The notes under the pieces are model-generated. The model worked only from the letters and a program-made list of their open reading frames with translations. It had not been told where the DNA came from and ran no database searches. Below, piece by piece: positions 51,158 to 59,683 of a stretch of 64,000 nucleotides of DNA. Made by a program: the position numbers and the translations under genes. Origin of the DNA: an uncultured Actinomycetes bacterium (lineage in GTDB: Bacteria > Actinomycetota > Thermoleophilia > Gaiellales > Gaiellaceae); NCBI GenBank assembly GCA_963850415.1, contig CAWKLE010000002.1, forward strand, positions 93,865-157,864, read 5' to 3'. How positions within the stretch are numbered: position 1 is the first letter of the stretch; each line of letters opens with the position of its first letter.

Positions 51158-51490
51158 ATGCCTCAGCAAGCCTGGAGCAAGAAGCGCGAACGACAGTACG
51201 AGCACATCAAGGAAGGCGAGAGGAAGCGTGGCGCTTCGACGAAGCGCGCCAAGGAGATCGCCGCGAGGACGGTCAACAAGGAGCGCGCGCGGGCCGGCGA
51301 GTCCCGGACGAGCTCCCGCTCGTCGACGCGGGACATGTCGTCGAGCCGCCGGGGCGGGCTGCGCTCGCATTCCGGCGCCAGGGGTCAGACGAAGGAGCAG
51401 CTCTACAACCAGGCGAAGCGCCTCAACGTCAAGGGGCGCTCGAAGATGAACAAGCGGCAGCTGCTCGCCGCGGTCAATCGGAAGAAATGA
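51158..51490 (+). CDS. basic small protein with C-terminal Rho_N/SAP-like helix-extended-helix
   Basis: SD GAAGGGGG is present. The product has KKRERQYEHIKE...RAKEIAARTVNKERA and a C-terminal TKEQLYNQAKRLNVKGRSKMNKRQLLAAV. Confidence 0.6.
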   Translation: MPQQAWSKKRERQYEHIKEGERKRGASTKRAKEIAARTVNKERARAGESRTSSRSSTRDMSSSRRGGLRSHSGARGQTKEQLYNQAKRLNVKGRSKMNKRQLLAAVNRKK

Positions 51491-51538
51491 ACCGGGTCAG
51501 GGCCTCGTTCGGTGTTGCGTAGGTAGGCTGAAACAGCG

Positions 51539-52219
51539 ATGAGGCCCAAGATCCTCGACCACGTCGCGCTCTGGGTCGCCGACCGCGATCCGATCACGGA
51601 CTTCGTGACCGAACGGCTCACGATGCACGTGATCGAGAAGACGGACAAGTTCACGCTCGTAGGCACGAATGCGCGGCGTGGGAAGCTGACGCTGTTCGAT
51701 GCCGAAGGGCCGCGCGAGCGTGGCGCGCTCAAGCATGTCGCGCTGCGCGTGAACGATCTGGACGCGGCGCTCGGCGCCCTCGAAGGCGTGCGGGTCGACC
51801 GTGAGAACGGCGGCGCCTACTTCGACGTCAACGAGGGGCTGCGCCTCGGGCTCGTCGAGGCGGAGACGGACGTCGACTACGACCTCGACCATGTCGCGCT
51901 CTTCTCCGCGAGCCCGCAGGAGACGGCCCAGAAGTACAAGGAGTTCGGGTTCGCGCCCGAGGCGGAGACGCGTGTGGAGGTCGGCGGCGCCTTCGTCGAG
52001 TTCCATCCAGGTGAGCCCGGCGACCCGGAGCGGCCGCTCCTCAACCACCTCGCCGTCCTCGTCGACTCCGCCGACGAGACCCTCGAGCAGGCGAAGCAGG
52101 CCGGAATGGACGTCGCGGACGTCGTCGACGCGGCGAACACGCTGGCGGTCTTCGTCTGGGGTCCCGAGCGCGTGAAGATCGAGTACGTCGAGCAGAAGCC
52201 GACGTTCGCGCTCAAATAG
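51539..52219 (+). CDS. VOC (glyoxalase/bleomycin-resistance/dioxygenase) family protein, two modules
   Basis: 226 aa with the repeated LDHVAL...... pattern (ILDHVALWV, LKHVALRV, LDHVALFS, LNHLAVLV). Confidence 0.7.
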   Translation: MRPKILDHVALWVADRDPITDFVTERLTMHVIEKTDKFTLVGTNARRGKLTLFDAEGPRERGALKHVALRVNDLDAALGALEGVRVDRENGGAYFDVNEGLRLGLVEAETDVDYDLDHVALFSASPQETAQKYKEFGFAPEAETRVEVGGAFVEFHPGEPGDPERPLLNHLAVLVDSADETLEQAKQAGMDVADVVDAANTLAVFVWGPERVKIEYVEQKPTFALK

Positions 52220-52245
52220 CCGACCTGGTCATAGCCGGCGCGGGC

Positions 52246-53265
52246 ATGGCCGGCCTGGCAGCGGCCGCGCGAGCGCGTCAGCTCGGCGCGGAGCCGCTCG
52301 TGCTCGAGAAGGGCGATCGTCCCGGCGGCTCGATGCTGTTGTCGAGCGGAGTCATCTGGCGTCACCGGACGCTGGACGGGTTCCGGGCCGAGTGCCCGGG
52401 CGGTGACCCCGCGCTCCAGCAGGTGATCGTCGAGCAGCTCGACGAAGCGATCGAGTGGCTCGAGTCGCTCGGTGCCCCAGTCCTCGAGCAAGAGACGGGC
52501 AACCCGCGCACGACCGGCAAGCGCTTCGACACGGGCGGCCTGACCGACGCTTTGCAACGGCGAGCCGGACAGGTCTCATTGCGCCATGCCCTGGGACCTG
52601 GTCCCGGGACATGGCCCGAGGGGCCGCTGGTTCTCGCGACCGGCGGGTTCCACGTTCGGCTCGCGCGCGAGCTTGGGCTTCCGATCCGCGGGAATCCCTG
52701 GAGCGAAGGAGACGGGCTCGGTCTGGCCCTCGAACGGGGTGGTGGAACGGCAGGCGTGCTCGACGAGTTCTACGGGCGGGCCATGCCCGCCGGGATCCCG
52801 ATCGACGAGGCGGAGTTCGTCCCGCTCTCACAGCTCTACGGGCAGTTCGCCGAGGTCGTCTCGGAGGACGGCAGCGAGCGCTTCGAAGGCGACGTCTCGT
52901 GGTCGGAGACAAATCTCGTGCAGGCGATCGCGCGCTGGCCTGGCGGTCGCGCCTGGTACCGCGTCCATGAGAACCAGCTCGCGGAGCGCGTCCGCGAGCG
53001 GACCGTGGCCGACATGATCGAGCAGGCGAGGGCTATCGGCGCCGCCGTCCGCGAAGAGCCGCCCTTCACGTCGGTGCTCGTGCAGGCGACCGTCACGCAG
53101 ACGCTCGGCGGGATCCTGGTCGACCCCCGCGCGCGCGTCGTCGGCGCTCAAGGGCTCTACTCAGCCGGGGCGGACGCCGGCGGGATCGCAACGGGCGGCT
53201 ACTCCAGCGGGCTCGCGGCGGCGCTCGTCTTCGGCCGGATCGCCGCCGAGGAAGCGCTCAGCTAG
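52246..53265 (+). CDS. FAD-binding oxidoreductase (succinate dehydrogenase/fumarate reductase flavoprotein-like); true start probably upstream of the first ATG
   Basis: The in-frame upstream codons read ADLVIAGAG-M-AGLAAA, so the GxGxxG Rossmann loop straddles ATG 52246. The C-terminal motif is GLYSAGADAGG. Confidence 0.7.
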   Translation: MAGLAAAARARQLGAEPLVLEKGDRPGGSMLLSSGVIWRHRTLDGFRAECPGGDPALQQVIVEQLDEAIEWLESLGAPVLEQETGNPRTTGKRFDTGGLTDALQRRAGQVSLRHALGPGPGTWPEGPLVLATGGFHVRLARELGLPIRGNPWSEGDGLGLALERGGGTAGVLDEFYGRAMPAGIPIDEAEFVPLSQLYGQFAEVVSEDGSERFEGDVSWSETNLVQAIARWPGGRAWYRVHENQLAERVRERTVADMIEQARAIGAAVREEPPFTSVLVQATVTQTLGGILVDPRARVVGAQGLYSAGADAGGIATGGYSSGLAAALVFGRIAAEEALS

Positions 53266-53458
53266 ACGCGGGCAGCAGGTACGCGCAGGGCCTGCGGTCC
53301 TGCGGGAGCGGCGACTGTGAGATCCGGTTCACGACCCAGCTGCCCTGATCGTCCAGCTCGACGGTCGACCCCACCGGCGGCGGCTCGCCCTCGCGATCGA
53401 CGAGCTCGTAGCCGGTCGGCTTGGAGACGAACAGGCAGTATCCGGGCTGGGCAGCCAT
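53258..53458 (-). CDS. small conserved-looking hypothetical protein (66 aa)
   Basis: ATG 53458. Product is MAAQPGYCLFVSKPTGYELVDREGEPPPVGSTVELDDQGSWVVNRISQSPLPQDRRPCAYLLPASS*. It lies immediately downstream of the histidine kinase. Confidence 0.5.
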   Translation of the reverse strand: MAAQPGYCLFVSKPTGYELVDREGEPPPVGSTVELDDQGSWVVNRISQSPLPQDRRPCAYLLPASS

Positions 53459-53469
53459 GCGGGCCGAGT

Positions 53470-54321
53470 CTAGCGACGCACTCTGTAGGGCGGAAAGAGG
53501 ACGCGGACGACGGTCCCGCCGTCCGCTCCCGAGTCGACGCTCATGCGTCCGTTGAGTGAGCGAGCCCGCTCGGCGATCGCCTCGTAGCTCGCACGTCGCC
53601 GCTCCCCGGGGGCGTCGTCGACGATCACCGCCTCGACTTCCTCGGACGCCTCTGCGACCCGCACCGACATCCGCGTCGGCGGCCCGCGCTTGATCGCCTG
53701 GTGTAGCGCCTCGCGGATGATCTGGAAGATCGCCACCTGTGCGTGCTCGGTGAGCGTCTCCGCCGCCTCGACGTCGAGGTCGATCTGGATGCGGTTCGAC
53801 ATCCCGAGCTGCTCGGCGAGCGCGCTGACGGCGGGCCCGAAGCCCTGGTCGCGCAAGACGACCGGCTCCAGCTCGAAGGAGAGGTCGCGCAGGGACCGGA
53901 TCGTCTGCCGCTGCTTCTCGAGCGCCGACCCGAGCACCTGCTTCGCCTCGTCGGTCCGATCCTCCTCGACCGCGTGGATGACGCCGTCGAGCATGAGCGC
54001 GATGCCCGACATCGACTGGACGGGCCCGTCGTGGAGGAAGAGCGCCAGCCGGCGCCGCTCCTCCTGCTCGGCGGTGATCAGCTGGTCGGAGAGCCGCGCG
54101 TGCTCGGTCTCGAGCCGGTCGACCTCCTCGGCCATCCACTCGTCCTGGTGGCGCTCGGTGAGGAGCAGCGTCGCGCCCGAAGCGGTGACCGCGAACGCAA
54201 GCCCGAGCAGCATCAGCCAGTCCTGCGAGACCGCGATGCCGATCACCCCGACCAGCGCGCCGGCGACGACGAGCGCGACGAGCGACCCCGCTCTAGTCGA
54301 TGATCGCTTCGCGAAGCGCAA
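53470..54321 (-). CDS. NarL-class sensor histidine kinase (HisKA_3 + HATPase)
   Basis: Two TM helices. The H-box is EQEERRRLALFLHDGPVQ and the N/G boxes are IIREALHQAIKRG and GGTVV.V. Confidence 0.85.
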   Translation of the reverse strand: MRFAKRSSTRAGSLVALVVAGALVGVIGIAVSQDWLMLLGLAFAVTASGATLLLTERHQDEWMAEEVDRLETEHARLSDQLITAEQEERRRLALFLHDGPVQSMSGIALMLDGVIHAVEEDRTDEAKQVLGSALEKQRQTIRSLRDLSFELEPVVLRDQGFGPAVSALAEQLGMSNRIQIDLDVEAAETLTEHAQVAIFQIIREALHQAIKRGPPTRMSVRVAEASEEVEAVIVDDAPGERRRASYEAIAERARSLNGRMSVDSGADGGTVVRVLFPPYRVRR

Positions 54322-54937
54322 TAGCCACCGCGTGCGTGCGTGTGTCGGCCTCGAGCTTCGTGAGGATGTGCCGCACGTGGCTCTTGACGGTCTCCTGACT
54401 GATGAACAGCTTCGCCGCGACGTCGGCGTTCGACATGCCGTCCGCGAGCAGCTGGAGGATCTCGCGCTCCCGCGTCGTCAGCATGTCCTCGCCCTTGCCG
54501 GGTAGGAACGCGGGCATCAGCGCCGGGTCGACGTACCCCTCGCCGGCGACGACCTTCTCGATCGCCCGCAGCAGCGTCTGGTGCGGCGCCTCCTTGAGGA
54601 TGTAGCCCTTCGCGCCGGACTCGAGGCCGCGGCCGAGGAGGCTGCGCTCGCTGAATGCGGTGAAGATGAGGACCGCCGTGTCCGGGACTTTCTCGCTGAG
54701 CAGTTTCGTCGCCTCGAGCCCGTCCATTCCGGGCATGCGGACGTCCATGATCACGACGTCGGGCCTGCGCCGCTCCGCCAGGGCGACCGCGCTCGCGCCG
54801 TCGGACGCCTCACCGATGACGCGGATGTGCGGCGCGCGCGAGAGCGACAGCCGGAGCCCTTCGCGGACGACCTCGTGGTCGTCGACGATCAGGCAGGTGA
54901 TCTCGGACTTTCCGTCGGGGTTGGCGGTTTCGGGCAC
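54293..54937 (-). CDS. LuxR/NarL-family response regulator
   Basis: The REC domain has LIVDDHEVVREGL and DVVIMDVRMPGMDG. The LuxR HTH is LTTREREILQLLADGMSNADVAAKLFISQETVKSHV. Confidence 0.9.
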   Translation of the reverse strand: MPETANPDGKSEITCLIVDDHEVVREGLRLSLSRAPHIRVIGEASDGASAVALAERRRPDVVIMDVRMPGMDGLEATKLLSEKVPDTAVLIFTAFSERSLLGRGLESGAKGYILKEAPHQTLLRAIEKVVAGEGYVDPALMPAFLPGKGEDMLTTREREILQLLADGMSNADVAAKLFISQETVKSHVRHILTKLEADTRTHAVAIALREAIID

Positions 54938-55030
54938 GGCCCGAAGATTGTATGCGGGGCGTCAGACCCCGATGGCGCACTGCTTCGATGATGTTGCGCG
55001 GCGAGCGTCGGCGTTACCTTCCCTGCGGAG

Positions 55031-55633
55031 ATGAGCCAGTCCTGGGGACCCTTCTACGACGCGGCGGGCGACCTTCCGCGAGAGACACTCCTCTTCGCGC
55101 TGGAACGCTTCGAGGGCGAAGCCGACTCGAGCGAGCAGGGGTTGCTCGCGATAGACCTCGGCTGCGGCGCGGGGAGGGACACCGCAGAGCTGCTCAGACG
55201 AGGTTGGCGGGTGCTAGCGATCGACGCCGAGGATGAAGCGATCGAGAGGCTGATGGAGCGCGACGATCTCGGTCCCGAGGGCCTGGGCCGCCTCGAGACG
55301 CAGGTCGCACGGTTCCAGGACGCGGCGCTCCCCCGCGCGAGCCTCGTCAACTCGAGCTTCGCGCTCCCCTTCTGCCCACCCGGGCAGTTTGGGGACGTCT
55401 GGCGGAGGATCGTCGCGTCGCTGGAAAGTGGAGGGCGCTTGAGCGGGCAGCTCTTCGGCGACCGCGACAGCTGGGCTGCGAGACCCGAAATGTCGTTTCA
55501 GACCCGTGCGGAGGCCGAGGAACTGCTGCGCGGGCTCGCCGTGGAGCAGTTCCTCGAGATCGACGAAGACGGGAAGACCGCGCTCGGCGACGCCAAGCAC
55601 TGGCACGTCTTCCACGTCGTCGCCCGGCGATGA
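55031..55633 (+). CDS. class I SAM-dependent methyltransferase
   Basis: 200 aa with motif I LAIDLGCGAGRDT and the post-I acidic residue in VLAIDAE. Confidence 0.75.
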   Translation: MSQSWGPFYDAAGDLPRETLLFALERFEGEADSSEQGLLAIDLGCGAGRDTAELLRRGWRVLAIDAEDEAIERLMERDDLGPEGLGRLETQVARFQDAALPRASLVNSSFALPFCPPGQFGDVWRRIVASLESGGRLSGQLFGDRDSWAARPEMSFQTRAEAEELLRGLAVEQFLEIDEDGKTALGDAKHWHVFHVVARR

Positions 55634-55658
55634 GCGACCGCTGATCCTCTGGCCCTCC

Positions 55659-57005
55659 CTAGGAGTTCAGCCGGGGCACGCGCCAGCAAGTGATCAGCGC
55701 GTCGTAGCCTCCCGAGGCGCAAACGTCGCCGCTCGTGAGGCCGATCGCCCACACCGTCTCCATTCTCGAGAACGCCTCCCAGCGCAAGGTCCCGTTCGCG
55801 CTGTATCCCGCCGTGACACCGGGGATGAACCCGCCCGGCAGGTTGGGGCCACCGCGGCCGGTGACGACGGTGGTGCCGTCTGCCAACACCAGCAGGCCGC
55901 GCGGAATCTCGTCGGTGTTCAATCCGCCGTCCCGAACGGCCTCCCAGCGAACGACGCCGGTCGCCTGGAGAGCGACCGTGTACCAGTCGAGGAACCCGCG
56001 TGAGGCCTGTCCGGTGACGACCAGGCTTCCGTTGGCAGCACGAGCCATCCGGAGACCGGCGGCCCCCGTGGCGTCGGCCGGCTTCCTGTCCGTGCGCCAG
56101 AGCCGTGCCCCGGTCGCCCGGTCGTAGGCGACGACGGTGAGGAAGGCGGTGATCCCGACATTGCCCTGGCCGGCCACGTACACGCGGGAGGCGTCCACGA
56201 CGACGTCGCGCGCGGCGGTGCCCTCGGATGCCACCGTGAGCCAGCGCCGGGCGCCCGAAGCGGCGTTGAAGGCAGCCGTGATCCACTCCGCTCCGCCCGC
56301 GACGTCTCCGGTGACCACGACATCTGTCTCGTCGGTGCTCAACGCCAAGGAGGTGGCGATGTCGTTGGCGAAGGAACCGGTCGAGACCACCTGCGACCAG
56401 CTCAGCACCCCGCTGGGGCTGTACTTGTGCACGTGGATGTCCTGGCCGTCGCCCACGGAGCTGAACGCCAGGTAGGCGTTGCCGCCCGCATCGACGAGCA
56501 GACGCGCGACGGATGGGCGCGTCACTGCCAGGTCGTTCCGCCAGAGAAGCGTTCCGTCGGAGGCGTACCGAACGAGCGTGATCGCGATCGGATTGCCTCT
56601 GGAGGTGACGTTGTGACCGACGGCCACGAGATCACGGTTGGGCGCTGCCACGATCCAGTCCGCCTGGAACGTTCCGGAGGTCGGGCTGATCGTGCGGCGC
56701 CACCGGAGGGCTCCGGTCGGCGTGTAGGAGGAGACCGCGAGCTCACGGCCGGCTGCCGGCCCCGACACGACGGCAACGTTGTTCGCGGCGTCGGAGGTCA
56801 GTGGGCCCGCCTGGCCCGCTCCGGTCGCGCCCGGGTCGAGACCACCCGCGGTCCACAGCACGGGCAGCATTCCGGCTCCTCCGGCGCTGCCGGCCGCGAG
56901 GCCGACGAGCGTCAGCGTCACTATGAGGGCAAGCACGAACCGTCCGCGGTACGCCTTGCTCGCCTTGGGATCAACCGGGGTGCGTTTGCTCGAGAGTCGC
57001 GTCAT
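55659..57005 (-). CDS. secreted beta-propeller repeat protein (PQQ/SBBP-like repeats)
   Basis: The second ATG (57005) is preceded by AGGAGA. There is a signal/anchor, then about 7 repeats containing G.L.W or G..RW (GALRWRR, GTLLWRN, GVLSWSQ, GARRWLT, GARLWRT, GVVRWEA, GTLRWEA). Confidence 0.65.
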   Translation of the reverse strand: MTRLSSKRTPVDPKASKAYRGRFVLALIVTLTLVGLAAGSAGGAGMLPVLWTAGGLDPGATGAGQAGPLTSDAANNVAVVSGPAAGRELAVSSYTPTGALRWRRTISPTSGTFQADWIVAAPNRDLVAVGHNVTSRGNPIAITLVRYASDGTLLWRNDLAVTRPSVARLLVDAGGNAYLAFSSVGDGQDIHVHKYSPSGVLSWSQVVSTGSFANDIATSLALSTDETDVVVTGDVAGGAEWITAAFNAASGARRWLTVASEGTAARDVVVDASRVYVAGQGNVGITAFLTVVAYDRATGARLWRTDRKPADATGAAGLRMARAANGSLVVTGQASRGFLDWYTVALQATGVVRWEAVRDGGLNTDEIPRGLLVLADGTTVVTGRGGPNLPGGFIPGVTAGYSANGTLRWEAFSRMETVWAIGLTSGDVCASGGYDALITCWRVPRLNS

Positions 57006-57157
57006 TCTGGGTCTCCTCACTGACGAAAGCCGTCTTGCGCCCTCGGGGAAGCACTACCGTCGACATCAATCCGTCCACCAGACTCGAGCCGCAGTGCTGC
57101 TCCGGCATCCGGACCGTCACCGAGCCAGTTGCGGGTTTCCCGCGCCGGAGGTGGTGG

Positions 57158-58063
57158 CTACAGGGCGAGGGCGAGCTGCTCGGGCCCCTGTTCCCCGTTG
57201 AGCGGTGCTCGACGCCGGTCGCGGATGCCGTGGCTGCGAGCCAACTGGGCGACTCGTGCGCGGACCGGCTTCGCGTGTTCGGAGCCGAGATACGCGCGGC
57301 GCGCGTACAGCCGCTCGTAGACCGACAACTGATCCGGAAAGTCTTCTGAGAGCGACTTGAGGAAGTGCTCGCGGGTGCCGGGGCGCAGGAACAGCAGGTT
57401 GGCCCAGACGCCGCAGGCACCGGCCTCCCTCGCGGCGCGAACGACGTCCTCCATCTGAGCCGGGCTGTCGCTGATGCCCGGGAGGATGGGGGCCATGCCG
57501 ATCCCGGTCTTGATTCCCGCGTCGACGAGCCGAGCGACCGCACGGAGGCGCTGGCGCGGATGGGCGGTCGACGGCTCGGTCTTGCGCCAGACGTCTTCGT
57601 CGAGGGTCGGGATCGAGAACGTGACCGAGACGCTCGCGCGGCGCGCAGCCTCGGTGAGCACGTCGATGTCGCGGACGATCATCGGGCCGCGCGTGATGAT
57701 GCCGAACGGGGTGCGCGCCTCGGCGAGGGCCTCGATGCACGCGCGGGTGAGGCGGTAGCGGCCCTCTGCCGGCTGGTACGGGTCGGTGGCGGCGCCGATC
57801 GCGACGCACTCGCGCGCCCAGGTGGGGCGGGCGAGCTCGCGTCGGAGGACATCGGCAACATTGACCTTGACGCGGATCGACGTGCCGTAGCGGTCGTCCG
57901 CGGGCCTGTCGGCGCGCCGCTCGAAGGCGCGGACGTAACAGAAGGTGCAGCGGTGGACGCAGCCCATGTACGGGTTGAGCGACCAGTCGAACATCATTCC
58001 CCGGACGCGGTTCAGTGCGCTGCGGCACGGCTCTTCGCGGTACTCGGGAGCCATGCAGCGCAT
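57158..58063 (-). CDS. radical SAM protein of the DNA-repair-photolyase-like (SplB/Rv2578c-like) group
   Basis: LNPYMGCVHRCTFCYV is the CxxxCxxC radical SAM motif. 301 aa. An SOS box lies directly upstream. Confidence 0.75.
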   Translation of the reverse strand: MRCMAPEYREEPCRSALNRVRGMMFDWSLNPYMGCVHRCTFCYVRAFERRADRPADDRYGTSIRVKVNVADVLRRELARPTWARECVAIGAATDPYQPAEGRYRLTRACIEALAEARTPFGIITRGPMIVRDIDVLTEAARRASVSVTFSIPTLDEDVWRKTEPSTAHPRQRLRAVARLVDAGIKTGIGMAPILPGISDSPAQMEDVVRAAREAGACGVWANLLFLRPGTREHFLKSLSEDFPDQLSVYERLYARRAYLGSEHAKPVRARVAQLARSHGIRDRRRAPLNGEQGPEQLALAL

Positions 58064-58066
58064 TAT

Positions 58067-58082
58067 ACGAACATATGTTCGT
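58067..58082. promoter_or_regulatory. LexA (SOS) box, perfect 16-nt palindrome ACGAACATATGTTCGT
   Basis: Read directly. It matches the actinobacterial/Gram-positive SOS consensus (T)CGAAC-N4-GTTCG(A). It lies 4 nt upstream of the first ATG of the radical SAM gene, in one of the few AT-rich patches. Confidence 0.7.
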
Positions 58083-58274
58083 TATGCGCGAGTCGTCACT
58101 CCTTTGGCGCAGACGGGTCACCACTTCCCCGATACGCTCACCGCGGGTGGCGGGTGGAACCTCATCCCCTCCCAGGGTGGGGGTGTGGGCGCCGATTCCT
58201 CGGCTACACTCAGATCGATCGCCGTTGGACGACGACGACCATCCGCCTAGTACCGTCGCCCCGGTGAGCGGGGC

Positions 58275-59579
58275 GTGACGGTTCCTCTCGAGCTACTCGC
58301 GGTCGCCGCGCTGCTCCTGCTGAACGCGTTCTTCGTCGCGGCCGAATACGGCCTCGTCACGGCGCGCCGAACGCGCATCACCGAGCTCCGCGACCAGGGC
58401 AACCGACGCGCACGCGCCGTCCTGCGCATCACGTCGAACCCGAACCGCTTCATCGCCGCGATGCAGCTCGGCGTCACGCTCACGAGCCTGGCCATCGGTG
58501 CCCTGGGCGAGCCCGTGTTCGCGCACATCCTCGACCCGATCCCGGCGACGATCGTCTCCATCCTCCTCGCGTTCCTGCTGATCACGTACCTCCACGTAGT
58601 CATCGGCGAGCTGATTCCGAAGGGCATCGCGCTCGGCCACCCGGAGACGACGGCGCTCACGGTCTCGAGCCCGGTCCGCGCGTTCTTCTTCGTGTTCAAG
58701 CCGTTGATCTGGGTGCTCCAGACATCCTCGGACGGCGCGCTCCGCCTGCTCGGCCTCGAGCCGCCCGGCGAGGAGCGCGGCGTCCACTCCGAGGCCGAGC
58801 TGAAGATGCTGCTCTCGCGCTCGACCCAGGAGGGCGAGATCGAGCAGCAGGAGCAGGAGATGCTCTACAAGGTGTTCGACTTCGCGGACAAGGAGGTCTC
58901 GGCCGTGATGGTCCCGCGGCCCACGGTCGTCGCGCTGTCCGTCGACCTGCCGCCCGAGGAGTGCCTCGCGGCCGTGATCGACTCGCCGTACACGCGCTAC
59001 CCGGTCTACCGCGAGTCGCCAGACACCGTGCTCGGCATCCTCCACGTGCGCGACCTGTTCTCCGCGCTCGTCGACCGCGGGATCGCCAACGTCGAGGTCG
59101 CGGATCTCGTCCGGCCCGCGCACTTCGTCCCGGAGACGAAGGACCTCGCCGCGATGCTGAGCGAGTTTCGGCGCACGAACCAGCACATGGCGATCGTCGT
59201 CGACGAGTACGGCGCGATGGAGGGGATCGTCACCCTCGAGGACCTGCTCGAGGAAATCGTCGGCGAGATCGAGGACGAGTTCGACCTGCCGGACGAGTCG
59301 ATCGAGCGCATCGACGACGACACGATCCGGATCGACGGCACGTTCCCGATCGACGACTTCAACGAGCAGTTCGCGACGCGGATCCCGATCGAGGACTACC
59401 ACTCGATGGGCGGCTTCGTCTTCGGTCTCCTCGGGCGCGCGGCCGAGCCCGGGGACTCGGTCGACTACGACGGGCTCCGCTTCGACGTGCTCGAGGTCGA
59501 AGGCCAGCGCATCCATCGGCTCGGCGTCACGTTCGTCGAGCGCCGGGATTCGCCGAAGGAAGTCGCGGCCGAGGGCTAG
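58275..59579 (+). CDS. hemolysin-family protein (DUF21/CNNM TM domain + CBS pair + CorC_HlyC)
   Basis: LLLLNAFFVAAEYGLV, GELIPK, the CBS region and the C-terminal region (DDTIRIDGTFPIDDFNEQF) are present. Confidence 0.85.
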   Translation: MTVPLELLAVAALLLLNAFFVAAEYGLVTARRTRITELRDQGNRRARAVLRITSNPNRFIAAMQLGVTLTSLAIGALGEPVFAHILDPIPATIVSILLAFLLITYLHVVIGELIPKGIALGHPETTALTVSSPVRAFFFVFKPLIWVLQTSSDGALRLLGLEPPGEERGVHSEAELKMLLSRSTQEGEIEQQEQEMLYKVFDFADKEVSAVMVPRPTVVALSVDLPPEECLAAVIDSPYTRYPVYRESPDTVLGILHVRDLFSALVDRGIANVEVADLVRPAHFVPETKDLAAMLSEFRRTNQHMAIVVDEYGAMEGIVTLEDLLEEIVGEIEDEFDLPDESIERIDDDTIRIDGTFPIDDFNEQFATRIPIEDYHSMGGFVFGLLGRAAEPGDSVDYDGLRFDVLEVEGQRIHRLGVTFVERRDSPKEVAAEG

Positions 59580-59683
59580 CGCGGGCCGGTCCTATACTCG
59601 GCCGCATCGCACCGACGGCATTCTCCGAGATCTCCGAACCGCACGCGTGGCCGCGGCCGCGCGGCTTTCCGCGGCCCGAGCGG

